From an uncultured Eubacteriales bacterium (lineage in GTDB: Bacteria; Acidobacteriota; Aminicenantia; Aminicenantales; Saccharicenantaceae): DNA of 64,000 nucleotides. This document shows positions 7,364 through 16,619 of the stretch, piece after piece. How positions within the stretch are numbered: the stretch's first letter is position 1; each line of letters begins with the position of its first letter. The translations under genes and the position numbers were made by a program. The DNA is taken from positions 4,145-68,144 of the forward strand of contig CAYWJT010000001.1 of NCBI GenBank assembly GCA_964458655.1. The letters run 5' to 3'. The notes below the pieces were generated by a model. It worked only from the letters and a program-made list of their open reading frames with translations, searched no databases and was not told the origin of the DNA.

Positions 7364-8611
7364 ATGGCATTCAGCGAAAGGACACGAGACACCTATCAGG
7401 CCACCTTAAAGGGCATCCAGGACGCCGGCCTGTTCAAGCGCGAGCGCTTCATCCATTCGCCCCAGGGCGCCGACATCGAGGTCGAGTTCCCGGCCGGCGC
7501 GGGACTGCGCAAGGTCATCAACATGTGCGCCAACAACTACCTCGGCCTGTCCAGCCACCCCGAGGTGGTCAAGGCGGCCCACGAGGGCCTCGAGGTCCGC
7601 GGCTACGGCATGTCCTCGGTCCGCTTCATCTGCGGCACCCAGGACATCCACCGCGAGCTCGAGAACAAGGTCACCGAGTTCCTGGGCACCGAGGACACCC
7701 TGCTCTTCCCCTCCTGCATGGACGCCAACGCCGGCGTCTTCGAGGCCGTCCTGACCAAGGACGACGTCATCATCAGCGACCGCCTCGTGCACGCCTCGCT
7801 CATCGACGGCATCCGGCTCTGCAGCGCCCTTCACGACACCTACAAGCACTCCGACATGGCCCATCTCGAGGAGAAGCTCCAGCTCCACGCCGACAAGCGC
7901 TTCAAGCTGGTCGTGACCGACGGCGTCTTCTCCATGGACGGCGACACGGCCAAGCTGGACGAGATGGTCGCCCTGTGCGAGAAGTACGACGCCATGCTGC
8001 TCGTGGACGATTCCCACGCCTCGGGCTTCATCGGCCGGACCGGCCGCGGCACGCACGAGAAGTACGGCGTCGTCGGCAAGATAGACATCATCACCACGAC
8101 CTTCGGCAAGGCCCTGGGCGGCGCGACCGGCGGCTGCGTCTCCGGGCGCCGCGAGCTCGTCGAGATGTGCCGGCAGCGGGCCAGGCCGTACCTTTTCTCC
8201 AACACCATCGCCCCTGTCATCATCTCGGGCATCCTCAAGGTCATGGAGATCGTCACGCGCTCGACCGAGCGGCGCGACAAGCTGGAGAGGAACTCCGCCT
8301 ACTGGCGCAAGGGCCTGACCGAGGCCGGCTTCATCCTCAAGGAAGGCGACACGCCCATCGTGCCGGTCATGCTCTTCAACGCCAAGCTGGCCCAGGACTT
8401 TTCCATGGCCCTCTACGACGAGGGCATCTACGCCATCGGCTTCTTCTTCCCGGTCGTGCCCCAGGGCCAGGCCCGCATCCGGACGCAGATCTCGGCGGCC
8501 CACGAGACCCATCACCTCGACCGGGCGCTCGAGGCCTTCGTCAAGGTCGGGAAGAAGTTCGACATCTTGGGCAAGACCAAGCAGGAGATCGTCGCCAAGT
8601 ACGGGATGTGA
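7364..8611 (+). CDS. PLP-dependent alpha-oxoamine synthase (Kbl / serine palmitoyltransferase / BioF family)
   Basis: Near-colinear with E. coli Kbl: SVRFICGTQDIHRELE, HASLIDGIRL, TDGVFSMDGD, VDDSHASGF, GQARIRTQISAAH. A sphingoid/aminolipid function (Spt-like) cannot be excluded from sequence alone. Confidence 0.8.
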   Translation: MAFSERTRDTYQATLKGIQDAGLFKRERFIHSPQGADIEVEFPAGAGLRKVINMCANNYLGLSSHPEVVKAAHEGLEVRGYGMSSVRFICGTQDIHRELENKVTEFLGTEDTLLFPSCMDANAGVFEAVLTKDDVIISDRLVHASLIDGIRLCSALHDTYKHSDMAHLEEKLQLHADKRFKLVVTDGVFSMDGDTAKLDEMVALCEKYDAMLLVDDSHASGFIGRTGRGTHEKYGVVGKIDIITTTFGKALGGATGGCVSGRRELVEMCRQRARPYLFSNTIAPVIISGILKVMEIVTRSTERRDKLERNSAYWRKGLTEAGFILKEGDTPIVPVMLFNAKLAQDFSMALYDEGIYAIGFFFPVVPQGQARIRTQISAAHETHHLDRALEAFVKVGKKFDILGKTKQEIVAKYGM

Positions 8612-8743
8612 GCGTAACGGCCGTCTCCCGTTGACCGAGGGCGGGGCGGGCGAGGGAGGGCGGCTTCCGCAAGACCCCCGGATCGATGACGCGCGTCTGG
8701 ACCCGGCCCTTGACTTCGCGCCTCCGACAGCGCTAGGATCATC

Positions 8744-10744
8744 TTGGTAAAGGGGAACAAACCGATCATCGGGGGAGGTGTTCACCATGAAGGCACGGGC
8801 AGGGGTTTTTTAGTCGTCGTCCTGGCCCTTTCGGCTTCTCTCCAGGGCGCCAAGGCGAAATGGGTGAAGGTGGGAGCACCTGGCATCAGCACGGTCATGG
8901 CCTTGGCCGTGAGCGGGTCGAACGTCTTCGCCGCGGGCGAAGGGATCTTCCGTTCCCGGGACTGCGGCACGACCTGGGAGGACGTGGGGTCAGGCATCCC
9001 GGCGAAGTCGCTCTTCACCTGTCTCGCCGTCGACGCGTCGCGCGTCTGGGCCGGGTCAGTCGGCGAAGGGGTATTCGTCTTGAATGACGGCGGGAGCTCC
9101 TGGTCGGCGGCCGGCCCGGGGCTGACTGATCTCCGGGTCATGTCCTTGGCCTCGGACGGGACACGCATGTTCGCGGCGACGATGGGCGGCGGCATCTTCG
9201 TCACGGACGACGGCGGCGCGTCTTGGTCCCGGGCCACGTCCGGGCTGCCTGCGAACACCTCGATTAACTGCGTTTTCGCCCACGGGCCGTACCTTTTCGC
9301 CGGATCGGACTATCAGGGCTTCTTCGTGTCACGCGACGGCGGGAAACGGTGGACGGAGATCCGGACGAACATCGAGAAGCAGAACCCGGTCTCCTGCATG
9401 GTCGCGGCGCCGGATGCCTTGTACGCCGGGACCGTCAACGGCGTCTACCGTTCCGATGACGGCGGCCGGTCGTGGGTCAATCCCTGTTCGCCCGTCGAGT
9501 CGAGCCTCTTCGGCGTGCTGCCTGAAACGTCGGTGGTCTCCCTGGCGGCAAGAGGAACGGACCTTTTCGCCGGCACGTGCGGCGCCGGCATCTTCGTTTC
9601 GACCGACAGCGGAAAGAAATGGGCGCGGATCGAACCCGCGCTCAAGCAAGGCGATGTCTACGCCCTGGCGGTGTGCGGCGACCGTCTCTTCGCCGGGACC
9701 ATGTCCGGAGGCCTTTGGCGTCTCTCCCTGTCGGGCGAGGAGCCAGAGGCCGCGGCGCGGAAGACGGCCGAGATCATCTCGCTCGAGGAAGCGGTCAAGA
9801 CGGCGCCTGATGACGCCAAGGCTTGGGCCGACCTGGGCGCCGCCTATGTCTCGGTCAAGATGTTCGATGACGCCATACCGGCCTTTGAACGGGCGTTGGC
9901 CCTGGATCCCAAGGACATCAAGGTCCTGTGCATGTTGGCGAACACCTACGGATTGAACGAAGAGACGGACAAGGCCATCGAAACCTTTGAGCGGGCGACC
10001 CGGCTGAGCCCCGAGGCGGCGCCGGCCTGGTACGGCCTGGGCATCAGCTATAACGCCGCCGGCAGGACGGAGGAAGCCATCAAGGCCCTGAAAAAGGCAA
10101 CGGGCCTGCGTAGCGGGGAGGTGCATCTATGGATCACGCTGGGGCAGGTTTGTGAAGACGCCGAGCTCTTCGATGAAGCCATCGACGCCTACGAGCATGT
10201 GGTCAAGCTGACGCCGGGGGACACGTCGGCTTGGTTCAGACTAGGCGTGAACTATCTAGTGCGGGAACGCACCGCGGACGCGCTCGGCGCGTTCAAAGAG
10301 GCGGTCAAGGTCGGGCCCGACGACCCCATGGCCTGGAACAACATCGGCTACTGCTCCGAACAGCTCGGACGGCTGGACGAGGCCATCGCGGGCTATGAAC
10401 AGGCCGTTAAGCTGAAAACCGACTACGTTCGAGCCTGGGCTAACCTCGGCGTGGCCTATCGGAAAGCCGGGCGTTTCGCCGACGGTGCCGCCGCTTCGCG
10501 GCAGGCGGTCAAGCTCAACCCGAAAGATCCTTACAACTGGATCAACATAGGGGAATGTCACGCCGCGGCCGGCCAGTACGACGACGCCATCGTTGCCTTC
10601 GAACAAGCCGTCAAGCTCGACGCCGAGTCAGCCGAAGCCTGGAAGGCCCTCGGGGAATGCTATGAGAAGACGGGCCGCAAAAAGGACGCCCAGGCCGCCC
10701 TAAAGAAGGCCCGGAAACTGGATCCGGCTCTGTTCAAGAAATAA
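8744..10744 (+). CDS. BNR/Asp-box beta-propeller protein (Ycf48-like) fused to a C-terminal TPR domain; secreted
   Basis: Six or more SxDxGxxW repeats (SRDCGTTWE, NDGGSSWS, TDDGGASWS, SRDGGKRWT, SDDGGRSWV, STDSGKKWA), followed by about 300 aa of TPR. The start codon is uncertain: TTG at 8744 is the first in-frame start before a hydrophobic segment. Confidence 0.7.
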   Translation: MVKGNKPIIGGGVHHEGTGRGFLVVVLALSASLQGAKAKWVKVGAPGISTVMALAVSGSNVFAAGEGIFRSRDCGTTWEDVGSGIPAKSLFTCLAVDASRVWAGSVGEGVFVLNDGGSSWSAAGPGLTDLRVMSLASDGTRMFAATMGGGIFVTDDGGASWSRATSGLPANTSINCVFAHGPYLFAGSDYQGFFVSRDGGKRWTEIRTNIEKQNPVSCMVAAPDALYAGTVNGVYRSDDGGRSWVNPCSPVESSLFGVLPETSVVSLAARGTDLFAGTCGAGIFVSTDSGKKWARIEPALKQGDVYALAVCGDRLFAGTMSGGLWRLSLSGEEPEAAARKTAEIISLEEAVKTAPDDAKAWADLGAAYVSVKMFDDAIPAFERALALDPKDIKVLCMLANTYGLNEETDKAIETFERATRLSPEAAPAWYGLGISYNAAGRTEEAIKALKKATGLRSGEVHLWITLGQVCEDAELFDEAIDAYEHVVKLTPGDTSAWFRLGVNYLVRERTADALGAFKEAVKVGPDDPMAWNNIGYCSEQLGRLDEAIAGYEQAVKLKTDYVRAWANLGVAYRKAGRFADGAAASRQAVKLNPKDPYNWINIGECHAAAGQYDDAIVAFEQAVKLDAESAEAWKALGECYEKTGRKKDAQAALKKARKLDPALFKK

Positions 10745-10775
10745 GGACACGCCGGATCGTCCCGATGAAGAGGAA

Positions 10776-10960
10776 AGCCCTAGCGCCGCCGCGGCGCGGC
10801 CGGCGGCTGCGTCTCCGGGCGCCGCGAGCTCGTCGAGATGTGCCGGCAGCGGGCCAGGCCGTATCTTTTCTCTAACACCATCGCGCCGGTCATCATCTCG
10901 GGCATCCTCAAGCCCCTCGGGTCGATGACGCGCGGCTGGACCCGGTCGCCCTTGACACTG
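10776..10960 (+). pseudogene. Decayed partial copy of the 3' part of the alpha-oxoamine synthase gene, fused to its downstream intergenic sequence
   Basis: About 10796-10908 matches 8128-8240 with 4 mismatches in 113 nt, all at synonymous third codon positions. About 10909-10957 matches 8678-8720, the intergenic region. The intervening 8251-8677 is absent. Confidence 0.8.
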
Positions 10961-11017
10961 TGTTTCAGCCCCCGGGCTTTGAGACGGTGTAGCCTTCCCT
11001 ACTGACGACCTCCCCGT

Positions 11018-11046
11018 TTGACAGGCTCCCGGCCGGGATGTATCTT
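11018..11046 (+). promoter_or_regulatory. Putative sigma-70-type promoter for the M28 peptidase gene
   Basis: TTGACA, then a 17-nt spacer, then TATCTT, about 80 nt upstream of the ATG at 11127. Confidence 0.35.
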
Positions 11047-11126
11047 TTACCGCCTGCGGCTCGGCCGCGGAGAAGTCCGCCTTCCATCTACCGGCCAGCC
11101 GCCCTATCAGCTTAGAGGAGGTCCCC

Positions 11127-13289
11127 ATGTCGAAACGCGCCGCTCCCGCAGTGACGCTCGCGCTCGCGCTCTTTCTGTCAGCGCTGGCCGCTCTGGCCCA
11201 ATACACGCCGTGGCTCTACTGGACGCTCATCCCCAGGGAGCAGATGGACGAGATCATCGGCGAGGCCTCGGGCGAGAACGCCTGGAACACCGTCGCCGAG
11301 ATAAACGCCTTCAACAGGCAGCGGACCGACGAGGAGTTCGCCGCGAACTTCTTCGAGACCAAAGTCGTCTTCGAAAAGCTCCGCAAATACGGGCTGGACG
11401 GAGCCGAGATAGTCGCCTTCCCGGGCGGCGAGGCCTGGCGTCCGCTCCTGGGCGAGCTCTGGGAAGTCAAGCCGGTGCGCCAGAAGCTTGCTTCCATCAA
11501 CGACATGCTGCCCATGCTGGCCTCGGGCAGCGCGACTTCGGACGTCACGGCCGAGCTGGCCTGGGTCGGCCGGGGCACGCCCAAGGAGGTCGCCGACGCC
11601 AAGGTCGAGGGCAAGATCGCGGTCACGGAAGGCAACCTGATGACGGCCTACACGGCCGCGGTGCAGCAGGGCGCCCTGGGCATCGTCTCGATCAGCCAGT
11701 CCCGGCCTTACTTCGACCCGCTGCAGATGCCCTGGACCGGCATCTCTTTCCGCGGCATGGGCTACGAGAGCGTGACGGGACAGGCAGGCGCCACCCGGGC
11801 CAAGCCGCAGGAGCCCAGGTTCGCCTTCCAGCTGCCGGTGCGCGAAGGGGATTTTCTCAAGCGCAGGCTGCTTGCCAACGAGAAGATAACGGTCCGGGCC
11901 CGGGTCGAGTCGAAAATGGAGCAGGCCGACCTGGAGAACGTGACCTGCCGCATCCCCGGCACGGACCCGGGAGCCGGCGAAGTCATCCTTTCGGCCCATC
12001 TTTTCGAGGGTTTCGCCAAGCAGGGCGCCAACGACAACATTTCAGGGAGCGCGGCCATCCTGGAGACGGCCCGAGTCCTCAACACCCTGATCTCGGAGGG
12101 TCGCCTGCCCCGGCCGAGGCGCACCATCCGCTTCATCTGGGGCCCGGAGTTCTCGGGCATCGGCAAGTGGGTCGAGGCCAACAAGGAACTCATGGAAAAG
12201 ACCCTCTGCAACATAAACCTGGACATGGTCGGGGAGTGGCTGTCGAAGAACCAGTCCTTCTTCTGCCTGATGCGGACGACCTACGGCAACCCCCATTACA
12301 TAAACGACGTCATGGAGAACTACTACCGCTTCGTCGGCGAGGGCAACCGGGAGCGCATCCAGAACCGGAGCACGCCGGCGCGAGTCGTGCCGGTGCGCGT
12401 GGTCGCTCCTTTCGGCGCCGACGAGCCTTTCTACTATTCCATCGAGACCCACTACGGCGCCTCCGACCACGAGGTCTTCAACGACTGGGGCGTGGGCGTC
12501 CCCGGCGTCATGATGATCGCCTGGCCGGACAAGTGGTATCACACCTCGGGCGATGTGGCCGACAAGTCCGACCCGACCCAGCTCAAAAGGGCGGTGGCCA
12601 TCGCCGCCGCCGGCGCCTACACCGTGGCCGCCGCCGGCGCGGATGAGGCGGCGGACATCGCCTCCGAAGTCGCGTCCAACGCCTCACGGCGGCTCGGCCA
12701 TGCCCTGGCGCTGAGCATCGACGCGCTCAACAGGACCTCCGCCGAGACTTTCGGCGAGGATTACAAGTTCGCCCGCTGGACCATCGAGGCCGTCGTCATC
12801 AACGAGAAGGAAACGCTGGACTCGGTCCTGGAGCTCGCGCCCTCGAGCCGCGAGCTCGCGGCCCACGTCGCCCGCCTGAAAAAGGCCGTCGAGACCGCGG
12901 GCGCCGCGGAGCTCGCGGCGGTGGACGCCCACATGCTCACGGTCGCCGGCCGGCTCGGCCTGAAGCCCGCGGCTATAGTCCTTTCGAGCGAAGAGAAGCA
13001 GGCGGCCAGGCTCGTGCCCAGGCCGACCGCCAGGGTTCGCGAAGGCGGCTACAACGGCTACCGCAAGTACATCAACCAGGTCCCGGCCGCCGAGCGGGCC
13101 AAGTTCCCGGTGCAGGGCAAAGGCCTTTCCCTGGCCTCGAGCGGCGAGCTCGAGCTGCTTGTCAACGGCAAGCACAGCGCTCTCGACATCAAGAAGATGC
13201 TCGACGCCCAGCACGAGAGAAGGTCCACGGTCAAAGCGGTGCTCAACCACCTGCAAATCCTGAAGCTCGCCGGCCTCGTGGAGTGGTGA
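11127..13289 (+). CDS. Secreted M28-family zinc aminopeptidase with a PA-type insert domain
   Basis: AGAGGAGG RBS. Signal peptide MSKRAAPAVTLALALFLSALAALAQ. HLFEGFAKQGANDNISGSAAILE and downstream His/Asp/Glu ligand motifs are typical of M28. Confidence 0.75.
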   Translation: MSKRAAPAVTLALALFLSALAALAQYTPWLYWTLIPREQMDEIIGEASGENAWNTVAEINAFNRQRTDEEFAANFFETKVVFEKLRKYGLDGAEIVAFPGGEAWRPLLGELWEVKPVRQKLASINDMLPMLASGSATSDVTAELAWVGRGTPKEVADAKVEGKIAVTEGNLMTAYTAAVQQGALGIVSISQSRPYFDPLQMPWTGISFRGMGYESVTGQAGATRAKPQEPRFAFQLPVREGDFLKRRLLANEKITVRARVESKMEQADLENVTCRIPGTDPGAGEVILSAHLFEGFAKQGANDNISGSAAILETARVLNTLISEGRLPRPRRTIRFIWGPEFSGIGKWVEANKELMEKTLCNINLDMVGEWLSKNQSFFCLMRTTYGNPHYINDVMENYYRFVGEGNRERIQNRSTPARVVPVRVVAPFGADEPFYYSIETHYGASDHEVFNDWGVGVPGVMMIAWPDKWYHTSGDVADKSDPTQLKRAVAIAAAGAYTVAAAGADEAADIASEVASNASRRLGHALALSIDALNRTSAETFGEDYKFARWTIEAVVINEKETLDSVLELAPSSRELAAHVARLKKAVETAGAAELAAVDAHMLTVAGRLGLKPAAIVLSSEEKQAARLVPRPTARVREGGYNGYRKYINQVPAAERAKFPVQGKGLSLASSGELELLVNGKHSALDIKKMLDAQHERRSTVKAVLNHLQILKLAGLVEW

Positions 13290-13324
13290 ACGCCGCCGGG
13301 TTTAGTGATAGAATAATAATCTTT

Positions 13325-14884
13325 ATGACCATGAGTAAAGCGCTTAACCGCGTCCTGGCCGCGCTCCTGGCGGGGACGGCCCTGCTCGCAGGCGGCGCCT
13401 GCGCCCGGCTCGAGCCGCGGTTCCGCAACGTCATCCTGTTCATCGGCGACGGGATGTCGGTCGAGTGCCAGGTGTCCCTGAGCCGCTACCTCTACGGACG
13501 GGACGACGGGCTGTCGTGGCATTCCCTGCCGGGCAGGGCGTATCTCGCCACCTGGGACGTCACGGCTTACAATATCCGCGCCCGCAAGGAAAAGAAGCCC
13601 CTTTACCGGGCCGGCGCCTTCGACCCGCGGCTCGGATACGACGCGGCCAGGGAAGGGCGGACCCCGCCCCCGCTCTCCGCCGCCGGGCCGGGGCCTTCGT
13701 TCCGGCTGCCGGCCACGGACTCGGCCTCGGCGGCCACCGCCTTCGCGGCAGGCATCAAGACCGACAGCGGGAACATCGCCTGGCTTCCTGGGGATCCCGA
13801 GAACGGCCGCGTCAGGACCGTCGTGGAGGAATTCCGGGAGCGGCGCGGCGGAGCCGTCGGCGTAGTCACCACGGTGCCGTTCAACCACGCCACCCCGGCC
13901 GCTTTCGTGGCGCACAACAAGAACCGGAGCAATTATTACACCGGTTACAGAGGCTTTACCGGCACCGGGCTGGCCGACGAGATCATCCTCGAGACCAGGC
14001 CCGACGTGGTCATAGGCGGCGGCCACCCGCTGCTCGACAACCCGGGGTTCGACCAGAAAAAGGGCTACATCTCGGAAAGACTGCTGACCCTTCTCCGCGG
14101 CTCCGAAGAATACGTGTTCGTGGAAAGGGAGCCGGGTGTTGACGGCGGCCGGGCCCTCCGGTCCGGCGCCGAGCGGGCCGCGTCCGGCGGGCGGAAACTG
14201 TTCGGCCTGTTCGGCGGCGATGGGGGCAGTTTCGAACTGCCCGAGCCGGCCGATGACCCGGGCCGGCCGGCCTTCACCAGGCCGACCCGCGAGAACCCGA
14301 CGCTGGCCGAGGCGACGGTCGCCGCCCTGCAAGTCCTGTCCTCCCGGGGACGGGGCTTCTTCCTGATGGTGGAACAGGGCGATATCGACTGGGCTAACCA
14401 TGACAACGACTTCCGCCGCATGGTCGGCGCCATGTACGACCTGGAAGAGGCCGTCAAGGCCGCCCGCGAGTTCATCGACAGGCCGGGGGACGCCGTGGAC
14501 TGGGCCGACACGGTCTTCGTCGTCACGGCCGACCACGGCACCGGCGGCCTGCGCCTCAACCCGGAAAAGCCGCTCGGGCCCGGCGACCTGCCTGCCCAGT
14601 TCCCCTACGACCCCAAGAAGATGCCGCCGCCGGGGAGCGACAGGCTCATCAACGGGAACGGCAACGGCAAACCCCCGGTCAAGAAGGCCTTCCTTTCGCC
14701 CTACGTGTACCCCGACGGCGAGGTCGAGTACTTCACGATCGGCCACACCAACGAGCTCGTGACGCTCTCGGTGTCCGGGCCGGCCTGGAAGCACTTCCTC
14801 GGGTTCGAAGGCCTCTGGTACCCCGGCCCCATCATCGACAACACCCAGGTTCACTCGGCCGTCCGCAAGGCCCTGGGCTTCTGA
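13325..14884 (+). CDS. Alkaline phosphatase family protein, lipoprotein
   Basis: LLAGGAC lipobox. LFIGDGMSVE is the PhoA-type active-site motif. Also FNHATPAAF and VTADHG. The start is ATG 13325 or 13331. Confidence 0.7.
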   Translation: MTMSKALNRVLAALLAGTALLAGGACARLEPRFRNVILFIGDGMSVECQVSLSRYLYGRDDGLSWHSLPGRAYLATWDVTAYNIRARKEKKPLYRAGAFDPRLGYDAAREGRTPPPLSAAGPGPSFRLPATDSASAATAFAAGIKTDSGNIAWLPGDPENGRVRTVVEEFRERRGGAVGVVTTVPFNHATPAAFVAHNKNRSNYYTGYRGFTGTGLADEIILETRPDVVIGGGHPLLDNPGFDQKKGYISERLLTLLRGSEEYVFVEREPGVDGGRALRSGAERAASGGRKLFGLFGGDGGSFELPEPADDPGRPAFTRPTRENPTLAEATVAALQVLSSRGRGFFLMVEQGDIDWANHDNDFRRMVGAMYDLEEAVKAAREFIDRPGDAVDWADTVFVVTADHGTGGLRLNPEKPLGPGDLPAQFPYDPKKMPPPGSDRLINGNGNGKPPVKKAFLSPYVYPDGEVEYFTIGHTNELVTLSVSGPAWKHFLGFEGLWYPGPIIDNTQVHSAVRKALGF

Positions 14885-14938
14885 CATTCCCGCGCGGTCC
14901 GGAAATAATCTCGGGCTCCTTGAATCGCGCGCCGCGGG
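14829..14938 (+). repeat. Left copy of a ~110-bp direct repeat: the last 55 nt of the phosphatase gene plus about 55 nt downstream
   Basis: atcatcgacaacacccaggttcac...ggcttctgacattccc... recurs at 17664-17773. Confidence 0.8.
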
Positions 14939-15303
14939 TGAGGGGGCATTTAGGGACTCGCGCGGCGGCCGACAGCGTGCCCTGCCACAGATCAATAAAG
15001 GCTTGAAATCGGCGTTCTTTTTATTATTATGAAATTATGACGTTGGGAAAAGGAAGGGTTTTCTGGGTAAACTTTCTTTTGTGCCTCATAGGGAGTGGGT
15101 TGTTTTTCTTCTCAGGATTCAGGTACTTTCATAATTCAGGTATCCGGGACTTCTCAATTGATGACTTGCCGTCATGTGCGATAGATGAATCCGGCAAGAT
15201 ATTCACAAGAAATTCCATTAAAGGGAAAGGCAGTTCTGATATATTTTAGCGGACAATTCTTCGCTTTCCTATATGGCCTTGAAAAAAAGGGAGGGTCAGG
15301 TCG

Positions 15304-16332
15304 ATGAATAAAGCCGCCGAACATAATGCCGTGGCTATATTGATGCTCCTGGTCATTTCAGCGGCCATGGCAATGAGCGAATGCAAAAAAACATCTGGAA
15401 TTGAAGCCCGGCTTGAACTGACATCCCATTTTCCTTCCGAGGCCCAAGACGAGAGATCGATCTGGCTCAACCAGGCCGTTGCCATGGGCGAGTCCGCCGA
15501 CGGCAGGTTCTATGTATGTAATAATCAGGAAAAGACGGTTTCGATATTCGACAGGAACGGTCGCTTTATTAGGAAATTCGGCCGGCCCGGCCAGGGCCCC
15601 GGAGATTTTCAAATGATCCAGAAAATAGTCTGCGATACGGGGGCGATCTGGATAATGGATTCTATGAAACAAGAAATCGGGCTTTATGATCCAGACGGTT
15701 CATATGTCCGCCATATCAAGCTTTTTAAGTCATATCAGGATATATGGATATCCCCGGACAAAAGAATATTCGCTATACCCAGGCCGAGGGCGGGCTCGAA
15801 TCTGGTTGATGTCATTGATGACACCGGAAAGCTTCTATATTCGTTCGGGGAGCCGGTCAAGTTTTCAGGCTCATTCTCAAATAACATCCTTAACAGCGCA
15901 AAAATAGCCGGGGACGGGCGGAGCATTGTCCTGTTGTTTGTCTCTTACCCATTGGCAAGAAAGTACGGACGCGACGGATCACTGATAAAGGAATGGTCAT
16001 TTGATGAAATACCGGAAGTCAATGAAAAGGGCCAGGAGAACATCGAGCGGCTCAGAAATTACAATCCCGGCAGGACCGGCTATTCCCGTATATTCGAGGC
16101 TGTGGAGAGCAAGAACGGCAGCTGGTATTTTTTGCGCAACAGGAAAAGCGGCATCGATATCATAAAAACAGACGACGAGTTCCGATTAAGAAGGATATAC
16201 CGGTATGAGGTGACGGATGACGGCGGATATTATGCCATGGATATGGAAATCGAAACGGCTCCTGCCGAAAGATTCTATATTCTTCGTTGGGTCCCTATGT
16301 CCAGGGTCGAGGTGTTTACGCCGAAAGAATAG
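15304..16332 (+). CDS. NHL-repeat / 6-bladed beta-propeller lipoprotein, paralog 1
   Basis: GGAGGG RBS. Lipoprotein signal ...AMAMSEC. FGRPGQGPGDF is an NHL-type repeat. It is similar in length (342 aa) and architecture to paralog 2. Confidence 0.7.
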   Translation: MNKAAEHNAVAILMLLVISAAMAMSECKKTSGIEARLELTSHFPSEAQDERSIWLNQAVAMGESADGRFYVCNNQEKTVSIFDRNGRFIRKFGRPGQGPGDFQMIQKIVCDTGAIWIMDSMKQEIGLYDPDGSYVRHIKLFKSYQDIWISPDKRIFAIPRPRAGSNLVDVIDDTGKLLYSFGEPVKFSGSFSNNILNSAKIAGDGRSIVLLFVSYPLARKYGRDGSLIKEWSFDEIPEVNEKGQENIERLRNYNPGRTGYSRIFEAVESKNGSWYFLRNRKSGIDIIKTDDEFRLRRIYRYEVTDDGGYYAMDMEIETAPAERFYILRWVPMSRVEVFTPKE

Positions 16333-16619
16333 CAAGGAGGCCGCTCCTCTTGCACACACATTTGTTGGTGCACGGGAGACAATATTTGGCAGTGGGACGA
16401 ATGCTGCGGCTACTGTTATAACAGAGAAATGGGGCTCTGGCTGGACTGCTGCAATAATACTTGCGGCAATAATTGATGCCCGGACCGCCTTAACTTCCGA
16501 CCCGACGATTCCCTATCCTGAGCCCATCAGGGTAAAATCATAAAGGTGGGCTATCCCGGCTGCTCATGCAGTGAGAAATACTACCGGTCCATGTCGGGTA
16601 TAGGAAAGGAGCGGTATCC

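Noticed and set aside
5270-8788. Long minus-strand ORFs (576 aa and 460 aa) antisense to the ligase and alpha-oxoamine synthase genes
   Set aside because: They overlap well-supported plus-strand genes across their full length. Their translations are poly-Gly/Asp/Ala low-complexity with no RBS.
10700-11206. 168-aa minus-strand ORF upstream of the M28 peptidase gene
   Set aside because: It overlaps the decayed duplicate of the alpha-oxoamine synthase fragment and the predicted M28 promoter. It has no RBS, and its translation is Ala/Arg/Gly-rich.
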